NCBI GenBank assembly: GCA_965215005.1
Contig: CBDCCZ010000001.1
Span: 32,001-96,000 of the forward strand
Length of the DNA stretch: 64,000 nt
Source: Kofleriaceae bacterium
Lineage (GTDB): Bacteria; Myxococcota_A; Polyangia; Haliangiales; Haliangiaceae
Direction of reading: 5' to 3'
How positions within the stretch are numbered: position 1 is the stretch's first letter; each line of letters begins with the position of its first letter. The notes under the pieces are model-generated. The model did no database searches. It had not been told where the DNA came from and worked only from the letters and a program-made list of their open reading frames with translations. This document shows positions 11,496 through 23,801 of this stretch, in pieces. The translations under genes and the position numbers were made by a program.

Positions 11496-12269
11496 TCAGG
11501 TGGCGGTCATTCCGCCATCGAGAACCATCGTGTGGCCGGTCACAAACGATGCGGCCTCCGACAGCAGGTAGACCGCGGCGCCAGCGATTTCCTCGGGTTG
11601 ACCGTGGCGGCCGAGAGGGGTTTTCGCGACCACGTGTTCGCGAAGCGCGGGATTGGCGACGATGGCCGCCGCAAACTTGGTCTCGATGAGGCCCGGAGCG
11701 ATGGCGTTGACGCGAATTCCCGAGCCGCCGAGCTCATACGCCAACGTCTGCGTCAACGAAATGACCGCCGCCTTGGTGGCCCCATAGAAGCCCTGCATCG
11801 GCGCCGCGCGCAGGCCCGCGACGCTGGCAATGTTGACGATGCTGCCGCCGCTTGCGCTGCGCTTGCGAAGGTGGGCGACCAATGCCCGCGCCACATATAG
11901 ATAGCCTTTGACGTTGACCTCGAGTGTCTTGTCCATCGCCGGGTCGGGGATGTCGATTAGCGGCCCAAAGTATGGGTTGGTAGCGGCGTTATTGACCACA
12001 CCATCGACCTTGCCGAACACGGCGATTGCTTGCTCGAACAGCGAGCTTACGGCTTCGGCGTGGCCGGTATGGCAGGCGATGGCCTTGGCGGTGCCGCCGG
12101 CTTTGGTGATGGCCTCGGCGACCGGCTCGAGTCCTTCTTGCTTGCGAGAAGCGAGCACGACGCTGGCCCCAGCGGCCGCGGCGGCGTGCGCGATGGCCTC
12201 GCCGATGCCGCGGCTGGCGCCGGTGACGATAACGACCTGGTCTTGCAAGCTGATGCGGGAGCTGGCCAT
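11496..12269 (-). CDS. Short-chain dehydrogenase/reductase (DHRS4-like)
   Basis: TGASRGIG, NNAATNP, YGATK. Confidence 0.95.
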   Translation of the reverse strand: MASSRISLQDQVVIVTGASRGIGEAIAHAAAAAGASVVLASRKQEGLEPVAEAITKAGGTAKAIACHTGHAEAVSSLFEQAIAVFGKVDGVVNNAATNPYFGPLIDIPDPAMDKTLEVNVKGYLYVARALVAHLRKRSASGGSIVNIASVAGLRAAPMQGFYGATKAAVISLTQTLAYELGGSGIRVNAIAPGLIETKFAAAIVANPALREHVVAKTPLGRHGQPEEIAGAAVYLLSEAASFVTGHTMVLDGGMTAT

Positions 12270-12325
12270 GCCCGCAACCTACCACCGGGACGACGCTCGA
12301 GGAGGGGCAGGAGGAAGCTCCCGAC

Positions 12326-12354
12326 TTGACGCATCGCAGCAGTTTCTCCAGAAT
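12326..12354 (+). promoter_or_regulatory. sigma70-type promoter of acyl-CoA dehydrogenase
   Basis: TTGACG-17-CAGAAT. Confidence 0.6.
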
Positions 12355-12371
12355 GAATGAGGATTCATTCA
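12354..12371. promoter_or_regulatory. Palindromic operator (TetR/FadR-box-like)
   Basis: TGAATGA-GGAT-TCATTCA, perfect 7-bp arms, between the -10 and the RBS. Confidence 0.75.
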
Positions 12372-12382
12372 GGAGCACACCG

Positions 12383-14206
12383 ATGTCGCAACCCATCAAT
12401 CAGTACAAGGCCGATCTGCGCGATCTTCGTTTCCTCCTTTTCGAGCAATTCGGGCTGCAAGAGCTTCTTGGCAAGGCACCGTTTGCCGACTGGGGGCGCG
12501 AGGAGGTCGAAGCGGTTCTCGAGGAAGTTTATAAGTGGGTGTGTGAGGTGATCGGCCCGCTCAACCGCGTTGGCGACGGCGGCTGCCGCCTCGAGAACGG
12601 CAAAGTGATCACTCCCAAGGGCTTCAAGGAAGCGTGGAAGAAGCTAAACGAGGCCGGCTGGCGGACCCTGTCCGCAGGCGAATTGTTTGGCGGTCAGGAT
12701 GGGCCGTTCACGCTGCACATGCTCGCCGAAGAGATGATGACTGGCGCCAACACCTCGTTCTGCATGTATCCGGGGCTCGCGCAGGGCGTTGCGGACGTGC
12801 TCGAGCATTTCGGTACTGAATCGCAAACGGCCTACGTGCACAAGCTCATCGACGGCACGTGGGGCGGCACGATGTGTCTCACCGAGCCCGACGCCGGCTC
12901 CGACGTTGGCGCCAATACCACCAAAGCCACGCGCTGCGATGACGGCCGCTACAAGATCGAAGGCACCAAGATCTACATTTCTGGTGGCGATCAAGACTTC
13001 ACCGAGAACATCTTGCACCTGGTGTTGGCTCGAACCGCCGATGCGCCAGCGGGAACCAAAGGCCTGAGCCTCTTCATCGTGCCGCGCGATCGCTACGATG
13101 GCTCCGGCGGAAACGATGTGTCGGTTGGCTCCATCGAGCACAAAATGGGCATCAATGGCTCTGCGACCTGCGTGCTCAACTTTGGCGAGAACGGCGAATG
13201 CTACGGTGAGCTCGTCGGCAGCGAAGAGCAGCAGGGCATCAAGCAGATGTTCAAGATGATGAACATCGCGCGCATCGGCGTTGGTGTGCAGGGGTTGGCG
13301 GTGGCTTCGTCGGCGTATTTGAATGCCCTCAGTTACGCCAAAGACCGCAAGCAGGGCCCGAGCGTCAAGGATTGGAAGAACCCAGAGGCGCCCAAGGTCG
13401 CCATCATCAATCATCCTGATGTTCGTCGAATGCTCATCGACATGAAGGCGCGCGTAGAAGGCCTCCGCGCGCTCGCCGTGAAGCTGTCCATGCACACGGA
13501 TAAAGAACGCGCCGTGCGCGGAAAAGACGATGAAGCCGCCAATTATCACAAGGGGCAAGTCGACCTGCTCGTGCCACTGCTGAAGGCCTACGGCTCGGAT
13601 CAAGCCTTTTCGATATGTGCCACGGCCATTCAAGTCTATGGCGGTGCCGGCTATCTCAAGGATTGGCCGGTCGAGCAGTATTGCCGCGACTCGAAAATCT
13701 TCTCTATTTACGAGGGCACGAATCACATCCAGGCACTGGACTTGGTCGGGCGAAAGCTCGGCTACAAGGGCGGCGTCAACTTTCAAGCGTTCAGCAAAGA
13801 CGTCTCCACCTTCGTGGCCAAGAACCGCAGCCATGCCGAGCTCGGCGACGCGGTGTCGGCTCTAGGATCCGCCCTCGAGGCACTCGGAGGGGCGGCCATG
13901 CGCTTTCTCGGGTGGTTTCAGAGCGGCCAGATGGAGATGGTGCCGCTCGCCGCCAATCGGTTCCTCGAGATGATGAGTGAGACCACGGTCGGATGGCTGC
14001 TTCTCGAGGCGGCCGTGATTGCCGCGGAGAGCGGTCGCGACCTCGGCGACAGCCATCCCGATACGGCCTTCTACGCCGGCAAGAAGCACAGCGCGATCTA
14101 TTTTGCCCTCAACGTTTTGCCCGGCGTCGTACACAAAGCCGCCATCCTCAGCAAAGAAGACCGCAGCGCCCTCGACATCCCACTCGAAGCCTTCGCCAGC
14201 ATCTGA
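12383..14206 (+). CDS. Acyl-CoA dehydrogenase (about 600-aa FadE5/DmdC-like class)
   Basis: AGGAG RBS; TMCLTEPDAGSD, GTKIYISGG, IEHKMGINGSATC, IYEGTNHIQALDL. Confidence 0.95.
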   Translation: MSQPINQYKADLRDLRFLLFEQFGLQELLGKAPFADWGREEVEAVLEEVYKWVCEVIGPLNRVGDGGCRLENGKVITPKGFKEAWKKLNEAGWRTLSAGELFGGQDGPFTLHMLAEEMMTGANTSFCMYPGLAQGVADVLEHFGTESQTAYVHKLIDGTWGGTMCLTEPDAGSDVGANTTKATRCDDGRYKIEGTKIYISGGDQDFTENILHLVLARTADAPAGTKGLSLFIVPRDRYDGSGGNDVSVGSIEHKMGINGSATCVLNFGENGECYGELVGSEEQQGIKQMFKMMNIARIGVGVQGLAVASSAYLNALSYAKDRKQGPSVKDWKNPEAPKVAIINHPDVRRMLIDMKARVEGLRALAVKLSMHTDKERAVRGKDDEAANYHKGQVDLLVPLLKAYGSDQAFSICATAIQVYGGAGYLKDWPVEQYCRDSKIFSIYEGTNHIQALDLVGRKLGYKGGVNFQAFSKDVSTFVAKNRSHAELGDAVSALGSALEALGGAAMRFLGWFQSGQMEMVPLAANRFLEMMSETTVGWLLLEAAVIAAESGRDLGDSHPDTAFYAGKKHSAIYFALNVLPGVVHKAAILSKEDRSALDIPLEAFASI

Positions 14207-14213
14207 CCGACGC

Positions 14214-14245
14214 ATAGCCGGGGACATTTCGCGCGCCCCGGCTAT
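14214..14245 (+). terminator. Hairpin after acyl-CoA dehydrogenase (possible terminator, no U tract)
   Basis: ATAGCCGGGG-N12-CCCCGGCTAT; a second hairpin lies at 14256-14276. Confidence 0.45.
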
Positions 14246-14418
14246 CGCTGAATCAGGGGAGACCGCGGGTGTCCCCATCGAGCCTTGCCTGGCGAGTGGT
14301 CCGCGGTCCTGCCGTGAAACCACTCGCTGTGCACGCCGCCGCTGCGCCGCCAGGCGGGTTTGATGCGGCTGTTTTGATGAGTCCGTTGCGGCCGAGAAAC
14401 GTGCTAAACCCCGCGGCA

Positions 14419-16479
14419 ATGCTGAAGCTCGTTTCTCTCACGTGTGTCGCGGTCCTAGCCGCGTCAGGATGCTCGGGTCCCGCGAAGGTCGCCGCGGAGC
14501 CCGAGGTTGCCGCTCCGTCATCGCCGGAGGCGGCGAGCCAAGCGGCTCCGGCGGCAGCGGATCCGGTTGCCGAATTTGGCACCGCATGCCGCGAAGGTCT
14601 GGCAAAAGCCAAGGCCGAGCTCGCTCCGCTCCTCGCGGTGAACGGGCCGCGCACCGCCGAGAACACGCTCGAGCCGTATAACCAGATGGCGCTCGAGCTG
14701 TCGCGCTCTGCTGGCGAAGCGGAGCTGATGAGCGAGGTCCATCCAGATGCGAGCATTCGAGACGAGGCTCGCGGCTGCGGCCAAGACGTCGAGGCCTTCG
14801 TAAGCGCTTTGGCGCTCAATACCGAGCTTTACGCGGCAATTGCAGCGCTCGACGTGAATGTTCTGGATGGCGAGGAGCGGCGGGTCGTCGAGCGACTGCT
14901 GCAGAACTTCCGCCGCGCGGGTGTGGATAAAGACGCGGCGACGCGCGCGCGTTTACAAGAGCTCGATGAGCAGCTAACCGTGCTTGGCCAGCAATTTGGA
15001 AAGAACATCGCGGAGGATCAGCGCGCGATTGAGCTCGACAGCGTGGATGACTTGGCCGGTCTGCCGGCTGACTACATCGCGTCGCATCCGCCGGACGAGC
15101 GCGGCATCATCCGCATCACCACGGACTATCCCGATATCAGGCCGTTCATGGCCTATGCTGAGTCCGACGAGCACCGCAAGGCGCTGTACATCCAGTTCAA
15201 GTCGCGCGGCGCCGGAACGAACGAGGAGGTCCTGCGCCAGATGCTCTCGCTGCGGGCCGAGAAAGCCACGCTGCTCGGCTATGACAACTGGGCCGACTAC
15301 GCCACAGAAGACAAGATGATAGGCAGCGGCAAAGCTGCTGCTGCGTTCGTCGAGAAGGTGGTCGCCGTGGCGAAGCGGCGCGCCAAGAAAGACTATCGAG
15401 AGCTGCTGCAGCACAAGCGCGAGCTCGAGCCCAAAGCGGAGCGCGTCGAAGACTGGGAGAGGAGCTACCTCGAAAATCTGGTCAAGACAGACCGCTACCA
15501 GTTCAATCCGCAGGCAGTTCGGCCGTATTTCGAGTACCAACAGACTCTCGAGGGACTGCTGGCGATCACCTCGAAGATCTACGATATCGAGTATCGCCCG
15601 CTTACGAACGCTGAGGCCGACGTCTGGCATGAAGACGTCGTTGCGTACGATGTTACTCGCGATGATGTGGTCATCGGCCGCATCTACCTCGACATGCATC
15701 CGCGCGAGGGCAAGTTCAAGCATGCCGCGCAGTTCCCTTACCGTCAGGGAGCACTCGGCCAGCAGCTGCCGGTAGGGGTGCTGGTTTGCAACTTTGCCAA
15801 CCCGCGCACCAGCAGCGGACCGGCGCTGCTCGAGCACGACCAAGTCACCACCATGTTCCACGAGTTCGGCCACTTGATGCATCACGTGCTCGGTGGCCAG
15901 CAGAAGTGGGTGGATCTGAGCGGCGTCTCTACGGAATGGGACTTTGTCGAGGCGCCATCACAGATGTTCGAGGAGTGGGCGTGGAACCACGACACGCTAG
16001 CGCTGTTTGCGAAGCATCACGCGACTGGAGAGCCGATCCCGGCAGAGCTGGTTGAGCGAATGCGGGCGGCCCACGAATTCGGCCTCGGTATCGAGACTCT
16101 GCAGCAGATCTTTTACACGCTCGTCTCGCTGCGTTTCCATCAGCTCGATCCCAAGGAGCTCGACATGGATCGCGAGATGGTTCGGCTGCAGGCCAAGTAC
16201 ACGCCGTTTCGCTACGTTCCGGGCACCACGTTCTACGCTTCCTTTGGCCATCTCAACGACTACTCGGCGCTTTACTACACTTACCTTTGGTCAAAGGTGA
16301 TTGCGCGCGACATGCTCACGCCGTTCATCGAGCACGGGTTGATGAACCTCGAGTGGACGCATCGCTACCGCGACCAGGTGCTCGCTGCCGGCGGCCGCGA
16401 AGATGCAGCGGTTCTGGTGGAGAAGTTCCTCGGCCGGCCGTATAGCTTCGCCGCCTTCAAGGCTTACCTCGGCGGCTGA
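14419..16479 (+). CDS. M3 family metallopeptidase (thimet oligopeptidase-like), lipoprotein
   Basis: FHEFGH, DFVEAPSQMFEEW, FGHL..Y...YYTYLWS; lipobox LAASGC. Confidence 0.93.
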   Translation: MLKLVSLTCVAVLAASGCSGPAKVAAEPEVAAPSSPEAASQAAPAAADPVAEFGTACREGLAKAKAELAPLLAVNGPRTAENTLEPYNQMALELSRSAGEAELMSEVHPDASIRDEARGCGQDVEAFVSALALNTELYAAIAALDVNVLDGEERRVVERLLQNFRRAGVDKDAATRARLQELDEQLTVLGQQFGKNIAEDQRAIELDSVDDLAGLPADYIASHPPDERGIIRITTDYPDIRPFMAYAESDEHRKALYIQFKSRGAGTNEEVLRQMLSLRAEKATLLGYDNWADYATEDKMIGSGKAAAAFVEKVVAVAKRRAKKDYRELLQHKRELEPKAERVEDWERSYLENLVKTDRYQFNPQAVRPYFEYQQTLEGLLAITSKIYDIEYRPLTNAEADVWHEDVVAYDVTRDDVVIGRIYLDMHPREGKFKHAAQFPYRQGALGQQLPVGVLVCNFANPRTSSGPALLEHDQVTTMFHEFGHLMHHVLGGQQKWVDLSGVSTEWDFVEAPSQMFEEWAWNHDTLALFAKHHATGEPIPAELVERMRAAHEFGLGIETLQQIFYTLVSLRFHQLDPKELDMDREMVRLQAKYTPFRYVPGTTFYASFGHLNDYSALYYTYLWSKVIARDMLTPFIEHGLMNLEWTHRYRDQVLAAGGREDAAVLVEKFLGRPYSFAAFKAYLGG

Positions 16480-16506
16480 AGGTCCGCTGGCGGCCAGCGC
16501 GTTGCC

Positions 16507-17130
16507 TCAAGCGGCGACGCGCTGCCGCAGCACCTGGCGCTCGCTTGCGGGCAGCACGGAGGGTTCCACACGTAGCTCGCCCGTGGTGGTGAAGAACGGC
16601 GACGGCGCGTGTTTGCCGCGGAGCGCTGCGATGGCCAGAAGCCGCAGCGTGCGCGCCATCAGTCCCAGTGGCATGGAGCGGCGGGCATTGGCGGGCAGCG
16701 GCGGCTTGGCGAATCGTGCATGAACCGAGGCGCGCACCGGCCCGAGCGCCTCGGCGACCGCGCTTTCTCCCTGTTGGGAGCCAAGCCGGGCGACGATGAT
16801 CCCCGCGAACGGAACTCTGGGCCAGGGCAGCGTGTTGGCGATGGGCACGTTGCAGCAGCCCGCGTACCAGCGAAGCAAGCCCTTCTCGCTGAGCCGCATG
16901 CACCGCAGCTGGTCGAGCCCTTCGGTCAACTCGAGCTGGGCGGGGGTGAGCTGGAAGACTTGGGTGCCGCCGCTTGCATCCAGAACCCGCTCAGGATGGC
17001 CTAGGAAGTGCGCGTAGGCCTGGCAGTCGTCGCAGAAGCAGATCGCATGATTGCCGCTGCCAGGACCCACATCATGCACCTGACCGCGTAAGCGGCCGCA
17101 GGCGCACTCGAGGCGAAGTGTCGTGCTCAT
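16507..17130 (-). CDS. DUF6151 / GFA-CENP-V-like zinc-binding protein
   Basis: CACG, CFCDDCQAYA, LRWYAGCCNVPIANT. Confidence 0.8.
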   Translation of the reverse strand: MSTTLRLECACGRLRGQVHDVGPGSGNHAICFCDDCQAYAHFLGHPERVLDASGGTQVFQLTPAQLELTEGLDQLRCMRLSEKGLLRWYAGCCNVPIANTLPWPRVPFAGIIVARLGSQQGESAVAEALGPVRASVHARFAKPPLPANARRSMPLGLMARTLRLLAIAALRGKHAPSPFFTTTGELRVEPSVLPASERQVLRQRVAA

Positions 17131-17246
17131 GCCCGCGACGATAACGTATCGGAGGGCGCAAGCGACTCCGCGATGGCTGTAGTCGCTCGTCGTCGCGGCG
17201 AGCTCGCGTGCGCCGTTACCGGCTTTCGCAAGCGGGAGACGAAGCG

Positions 17247-18317
17247 TCAGGCCGCGGGCAGCTCGAGCCAGAAGTTACTGCCGGCGCCGGCGGTGCTGTC
17301 GACGCCGAGGCGACCGCCGTGGGCTTCGGCGATGGCGCGCGCGATCGAGAGACCGAGGCCGACGCCGGCGGCGTCGCCGGCCGAGCGACCACGGGTAAAT
17401 GGCTCAAAGATGGACGCAAGCTCATCCTCGGCGATGCCGGGCCCCTCGTCGCGCACTTCAAAGCGCACGGTGTGAGCGCCGGCAGCGGCGTGAAGCTCGA
17501 TGCGCCGGCCTGCGGGGGTAAACTTGCAGGCATTGGCTACCAAGTTGCCAAGTGCTTGGACGACGCGATCGAGGTCGATGGTGAGCGTCGGCAATCGATC
17601 ATCGGCGCGGTAAGTCAGCGATTGGAGCTTGTTGTTTGCGAGCGGGGCGAAGCGCTCGATCACCCGCTCGCCAACGGCGTCTACCGGATGCGCCGCCATG
17701 ATCACGCGAAGCTGGCCCCCAGCGAGTCGCTCGTGATCGAGCAAGTCATCGATGAGTCGCGTCATTTCATCGCTAGCGCGCAGTATGTGCTGCCGCCAAC
17801 GGTCGCGCTGCGCCTCGTCTGGATTTCGGATGAGCTCGGCGGCTAGGTGTATGCTCTGAAGCGGGACGCGTAAATCGTGCGAGACCACCGCGAGGATGCG
17901 GTTGCGCGCCGCGACTTCGAGCTCGAGGGCTTCGGTCGCGCGCCGGCGCTCGATAGCGTAGCGAACCGAGCGTGATAGCAGCTCGCCATCGAAACGACCC
18001 TTGACCAAAAAATCGTCGGCGCCATCGCGCACCGCTTCGATGGCGACCTCGGCATCGGAGATACCGGTGAGGACGATAATTGGCAGCGAGCGCGCCGCGG
18101 CCCGCAACGCTGCGATGGTCTCGGTGCCGCGACCATCGGGCAACACGAAGTCGAGGAGGGCGGCGTCGAAGCGCTCAAGCCTGAGGTGCTCCATCGCATC
18201 GGCGAAGGTCGGTTGCACCACGACATCGTAGTTGCGTCCGACATCGGCCAGCAGCTCGCGAACCAAGCGAGCATCGGCGGCGCTGTCCTCGATCAAAAGG
18301 ATTCGCAGCATAGTCAT
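17247..18317 (-). CDS. Hybrid response regulator-histidine kinase (REC-HisKA-HATPase)
   Basis: [50 protein letters not shown] overlap with the upstream gene. Confidence 0.93.
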   Translation of the reverse strand: MTMLRILLIEDSAADARLVRELLADVGRNYDVVVQPTFADAMEHLRLERFDAALLDFVLPDGRGTETIAALRAAARSLPIIVLTGISDAEVAIEAVRDGADDFLVKGRFDGELLSRSVRYAIERRRATEALELEVAARNRILAVVSHDLRVPLQSIHLAAELIRNPDEAQRDRWRQHILRASDEMTRLIDDLLDHERLAGGQLRVIMAAHPVDAVGERVIERFAPLANNKLQSLTYRADDRLPTLTIDLDRVVQALGNLVANACKFTPAGRRIELHAAAGAHTVRFEVRDEGPGIAEDELASIFEPFTRGRSAGDAAGVGLGLSIARAIAEAHGGRLGVDSTAGAGSNFWLELPAA

Positions 18318-18766
18318 GAAGGCGGCAGGCGGACGATCTCCAACCAAAAGTCCTGGATTGACTTGATGACGCGGATGAACTGCTCGAGGTCGACTGGCTT
18401 GGTGATGTAGCAGTTGGCGTGCAGCTGATAGCTGCGAAGAATGTCTTCGTCTGCCTGCGAGGTCGTCAGCACCACGACCGGAATGAGAGCCAATGACTGA
18501 TCTGCTTTGATTTCTGCCAACACTTCGCGACCATCTTTGCGTGGCAGGTTGAGATCCAAGAGGATGAGATCGGGCCGCACAGACGCATGCGGCGGCTCAT
18601 GCCGCAAGAACGCCAGCGCCTCTTCGCCATCGCGGACGACGTGCAGGTGGTTGCGCACCTTGGCCTCTTTGAGCGCCTCGATGGTCAGCCGCACATCGGC
18701 GGGAGAGTCTTCGACGAGCAAGATCTCGATTGGCGAGCTCTCGCCGTGGGGGTGATGCACCATCAT
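18314..18766 (-). CDS. Single-domain response regulator (Rcp1-like)
   Basis: [44 protein letters not shown] overlap. Confidence 0.95.
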   Translation of the reverse strand: MMVHHPHGESSPIEILLVEDSPADVRLTIEALKEAKVRNHLHVVRDGEEALAFLRHEPPHASVRPDLILLDLNLPRKDGREVLAEIKADQSLALIPVVVLTTSQADEDILRSYQLHANCYITKPVDLEQFIRVIKSIQDFWLEIVRLPPS

Positions 18767-20268
18767 GAGGCCTCTGGCGGTAGCTGACTGAGAGTGAACC
18801 AAATGGTGGTGCCGTCGCCAGGTGTAGATTCGGCCCACATCTGGCCACCATGGCGCTCGATGATCCGCTTGCACAGCGCCAGGCCCATGCCGGTGCCTGG
18901 AACCTCGCGGCCGTGCAGCCGTTGAAACATCTCGAAGATGCGCTCTGCAAACCGCGGCTCGAAACCAATCCCGTGATCCTTCACGCCGATCAGCCACTGC
19001 GTGCCGCGCTCTTGCCGGAGGAACTCGATCCGCGGCGGCGCCTCACCGGCGAAGCGGATCGCGTTGGTGAGCAGATTCTGCAACACCTGCCGAAGCTGTA
19101 TCGGGTCTCCGAGGACGCGCGGAAGGGTGCTGCGCTCGATGAAGGCGCCGCTTTCGGCGACGCGCAGCTGGAGCGAATCGATGACTTGCTCGAGCACGTC
19201 GTCGAGGTCGACCGCTACTAGCGGCTCGCCGCGGGTGGTAATCCGCGAGTAGGAGAGCAGCGCCTCGATAAGCGCCTGCATGCGAGAAGCGCCCTGCACC
19301 GCAAAGTCGATGAAGTCGCGCGCGTCGTCATCGAGCTTGTCGCGATAGCGCCGCTCGATGAGCTGCAGATAGCCGCCAATGGTCCGCAGCGGCTCTTGCA
19401 GGTCATGAGAAGCGGCATACGCGAAGGTTTGCAGCTCGTGGTTGGAGCGTTCGAGGGCGGCGGTGCGCTCGGCGAGCAGGGTGTCGCTGCGTTTGCGTTC
19501 GCTGATGTCGTGAGTCACCATCGCGGCGCCTACCAGCGCGCCTCGTTGGTCCTCGATCGGCACGATGGAGAGCGCGACGTCGACGACGGTGCCGTCTTTG
19601 CGCCGATGTTGCGTTTCGATCCGACCATCCTCAGGCTGCTGCCGATTGTTGTTTTCGGCGAGCAGCGTGGGCAGTGGGCGCCCGAGCACCTCGTCCTCAC
19701 TCCAGCCATAGAGCTTGGCCGCCGCGGTATTCCAGTGCGTGATGGTGCCATCGGTCTTGGTTCCCACCACTGCATATCCCGAGGTCGCAATGATCGCTGC
19801 GAGCTGTCGGTTCAGATCGTGCTGCTGACCGAGCTCACTGGCGTGGTGACGCAGGTCGGCCTCGAGCTCGGTGATCGACTTCATCGCCAAAGCGCGCTGA
19901 ATCGTTGGAACCAGCGCGATCACCGTGACCCAGGAAACCACTGCGGTGACGAATTTGACGAGACCGGCGAAGCGGTAGACCGGGTGCCAAAAGATGACCG
20001 CTTCGAGTAAATGAGTGGTGCCGCAAGCGAGAATGAATGCCGCGAACAACCAGAAAACCGGCAGGAACGGCACGTCGGGGCGCTTGCGGATGAAATATCC
20101 CAGCACCACGGGGATCGCCATGTAGGCGCCAAAGATGGCCAGGTCGCTGGTGATGTGAACCCACCCGTGGACGTCGGTCCAGTTGCCGCAATGCCAGCGG
20201 GGTGGGAAGTCGCTCGTGTCCAACAGCGCGCTCAGGCTTGGCCGCATCTCCACAACTAAAACTATCAC
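18763..20268 (-). CDS. Sensor histidine kinase with ETR1-type ethylene-binding TM domain, PAS and Cph1-like kinase core
   Basis: [65 protein letters not shown]; exact start uncertain (GTG 20268 or a nearby Met). Confidence 0.9.
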   Translation of the reverse strand: MIVLVVEMRPSLSALLDTSDFPPRWHCGNWTDVHGWVHITSDLAIFGAYMAIPVVLGYFIRKRPDVPFLPVFWLFAAFILACGTTHLLEAVIFWHPVYRFAGLVKFVTAVVSWVTVIALVPTIQRALAMKSITELEADLRHHASELGQQHDLNRQLAAIIATSGYAVVGTKTDGTITHWNTAAAKLYGWSEDEVLGRPLPTLLAENNNRQQPEDGRIETQHRRKDGTVVDVALSIVPIEDQRGALVGAAMVTHDISERKRSDTLLAERTAALERSNHELQTFAYAASHDLQEPLRTIGGYLQLIERRYRDKLDDDARDFIDFAVQGASRMQALIEALLSYSRITTRGEPLVAVDLDDVLEQVIDSLQLRVAESGAFIERSTLPRVLGDPIQLRQVLQNLLTNAIRFAGEAPPRIEFLRQERGTQWLIGVKDHGIGFEPRFAERIFEMFQRLHGREVPGTGMGLALCKRIIERHGGQMWAESTPGDGTTIWFTLSQLPPEAS

Positions 20269-20356
20269 TGCTGCGCGGCGATCGGAGTCATAGGAAAGAC
20301 TCCGATCACCAACAAATATCGTTCCCCATGAGCATCATAGGGAAACCGTTTCACCT

Positions 20357-21523
<1,167 letters not shown>

Positions 21524-21610
21524 GCAGGCCTTTTAGCTCGCCTCTGCGCCGATGAATAGGCCTGGGGCCGCACGAGGCGGTGGCAGAACGTGTCAGCTCG
21601 AGCACAACCG

Positions 21611-21628
21611 CGACTGAGCAGTCATTCG
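21611..21628. promoter_or_regulatory. Second FadR-box-like palindrome
   Basis: CGACTGA-GCAG-TCATTCG between the divergent acyl-CoA dehydrogenase and thiolase. Confidence 0.55.
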
Positions 21629-21715
21629 TTTTCTGTTGCGCCGCACAGCTCATCAGATAGGTTGATCCGAGGTCCGCCGCGGCGACGGGGCGGCGCGTCA
21701 ACTGAGGAGATGAGC

Positions 21716-22948
21716 ATGCGAGAGGTCTTCATTTACGATTCGGTGCGCACCCCTCGAGGGCGCGGAAAAGCCGGCAAGGGCGCGTTGTCGGGTGTACATC
21801 CGCAAGAGCTGCTCGCACAGGCTCTGAACCAGCTCGCCGAGCGAGGCGGCATTGACAAAGCCGAGGTCGAGGACGTCACCATCGGCTGCGTTACGCAGGT
21901 CAAAGAGCAGGGCGCCTGCATCGCGCGCAACGCGGTCATTGCCGCTGGATGGCCCGACGAGGTCACCGGCAACACGGTCAACCGATTCTGCGGCTCGGGG
22001 CTACAAGCGGTGAATTTCGCCGCCATGGGCGTGGGCAGCGGCTATCAAGAGTGTGTCATCGGCGGCGGCGTGGAGTCGATGTCGCGCGTTCCGATGGGCG
22101 CTGACGGCGCCATGATCGATGGGCTCAACGCTCGTCTTCGCGAGAAAGTCGCGATGGTTCCGCAAGGCATCTCCGCCGATCTCATCGCAACCCTCGAAGG
22201 CTTCACGCGCAGCGAGCTCGATGCGTTCGCCGCGCGCAGTCAACAGAAAGCCGCGCACGCAATCGAAGAGCAGCGCTTTGCCCGCTCGCTGGTACCCATC
22301 GTCGATGCAGACGGCGCGGTGCTGCTCGACCGCGACGAGCATCCGCGACCTGAAACGAGCGTGCAGTCTCTTGGTGAGCTGAACGCGGCGTTCGAGAAGC
22401 TCGGCGGGATGGCCATGGGACCCGCTGGAGAAACCCTCGATGAGCTGGCGGTGAAGCGATATCCGCAGGCCGGTGCAATCGAGCACGTGCATACCGCCGG
22501 CAACTCCAGCGGCATCGTCGACGGAGCCGCCGTGGTGCTGCTCGGGTCGCGCGAGTGGGGCCAGAAAGCCGGCCTCACGCCGCGCGCCAAGGTCCGCGCG
22601 ATGGCTACCGCGGGTGCCGAGCCGGTCATCATGCTCACCGCACCGGCGCCGGCCTCGCAAAAGGCATTGGACAAGGCCGGCATGACGGTCGCTGATATCG
22701 ATCTATGGGAGATCAACGAGGCGTTCGCCGTGGTCCCGCTGCAGACCATGCGCAAGCTCGGCATCGAGGAGAGCCGCGTCAACGTCAACGGCGGCGCCAT
22801 CGCCTTAGGGCATCCCCTCGGAGCCACGGGCGCGATGCTCCTTGGCACCGCGCTCGATGAGCTCGAGCGCGCCGACAAGAGCACCGCGCTCATCACCCTT
22901 TGCATTGGTGGCGGGATGGGCATCGCTACGATCATTGAGCGGGTCTAG
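21716..22948 (+). CDS. Acetyl-CoA C-acyltransferase (thiolase)
   Basis: [33 protein letters not shown]. Confidence 0.95.
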   Translation: MREVFIYDSVRTPRGRGKAGKGALSGVHPQELLAQALNQLAERGGIDKAEVEDVTIGCVTQVKEQGACIARNAVIAAGWPDEVTGNTVNRFCGSGLQAVNFAAMGVGSGYQECVIGGGVESMSRVPMGADGAMIDGLNARLREKVAMVPQGISADLIATLEGFTRSELDAFAARSQQKAAHAIEEQRFARSLVPIVDADGAVLLDRDEHPRPETSVQSLGELNAAFEKLGGMAMGPAGETLDELAVKRYPQAGAIEHVHTAGNSSGIVDGAAVVLLGSREWGQKAGLTPRAKVRAMATAGAEPVIMLTAPAPASQKALDKAGMTVADIDLWEINEAFAVVPLQTMRKLGIEESRVNVNGGAIALGHPLGATGAMLLGTALDELERADKSTALITLCIGGGMGIATIIERV

Positions 22949-23059
22949 CGAGCGGCCGTCATTGGCGCTCATCGGGGCGGCAAAGCTGTTGGGGTTACAG
23001 TGGTTTTGCCACGCCGTGCAGCGCCTTGCGGCGGCTTTCTAGTATAGGATAGGACGCCT

Positions 23060-23716
23060 ATGGCCCTTCCTATTCGTGCTGCCTTGCGCTCTGCGGGCCG
23101 ATTCGTCGTCCGCAACCCCATCACGATGATGAAGATCGCGCGTCACGCAGTTGGGTTGCGTGTGGCCGTGCCGCTCGATGCGCTGCGATGGTTCATTGCG
23201 AACACGCCGCCGAGCAAGAAAGCCCCGTCCGACATCACCATCATGGCCCGTCCACCCGCGGTGGCGCTCGGCGCAACCTTGGACCTTATGGGCACAACGG
23301 TGCGTGCGTCGGCGTCGGTGCGCGTCGAGGAGCTGCGGGTCGAGCCGCAGGAGATGCGGCTTACGTTGCGGCTGAGCGATGTCGACATGAAAGTGCTTGG
23401 CGACTCGAACACTCCGGTCGCGGGCCTGCTCCGCAGCGGCGCGCTCGATCTTTCCAAACCCGGCAATTTGGTCAACTTCATGCCCAAGAAGCCGGAGGTG
23501 TTGATCGAAGCCCACGGCGACAAGCTGGTGGTCGACTTGATGAAGAACCCCAAGATCGCCGCCAATGATCGCCTCCGCAAAGTGCTTTCGACGTTGACGC
23601 CAGTGATCAACGTGAACGCCTTGGGCACCGACGGCGATTTTCTGATCGTTGCGCTGCGCGCCAATCCGCTCGGGGTGCCGCGCGCCATCAACGCCGCCCG
23701 CGCGCTCACCTCTTGA
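23060..23716 (+). CDS. Hypothetical protein
   Basis: Protein-like composition, AGGA and TATAGG upstream, fills the gap in a + strand gene run; no family recognised. Confidence 0.75.
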   Translation: MALPIRAALRSAGRFVVRNPITMMKIARHAVGLRVAVPLDALRWFIANTPPSKKAPSDITIMARPPAVALGATLDLMGTTVRASASVRVEELRVEPQEMRLTLRLSDVDMKVLGDSNTPVAGLLRSGALDLSKPGNLVNFMPKKPEVLIEAHGDKLVVDLMKNPKIAANDRLRKVLSTLTPVINVNALGTDGDFLIVALRANPLGVPRAINAARALTS

Positions 23717-23801
23717 GGGCGCGCCGGAACATGCGCACACGCCGCGCGCGTATTGCTCGTGGCGCACGACCACAGTCTGGACCCGCGTAGAGACTCGCTC
23801 G

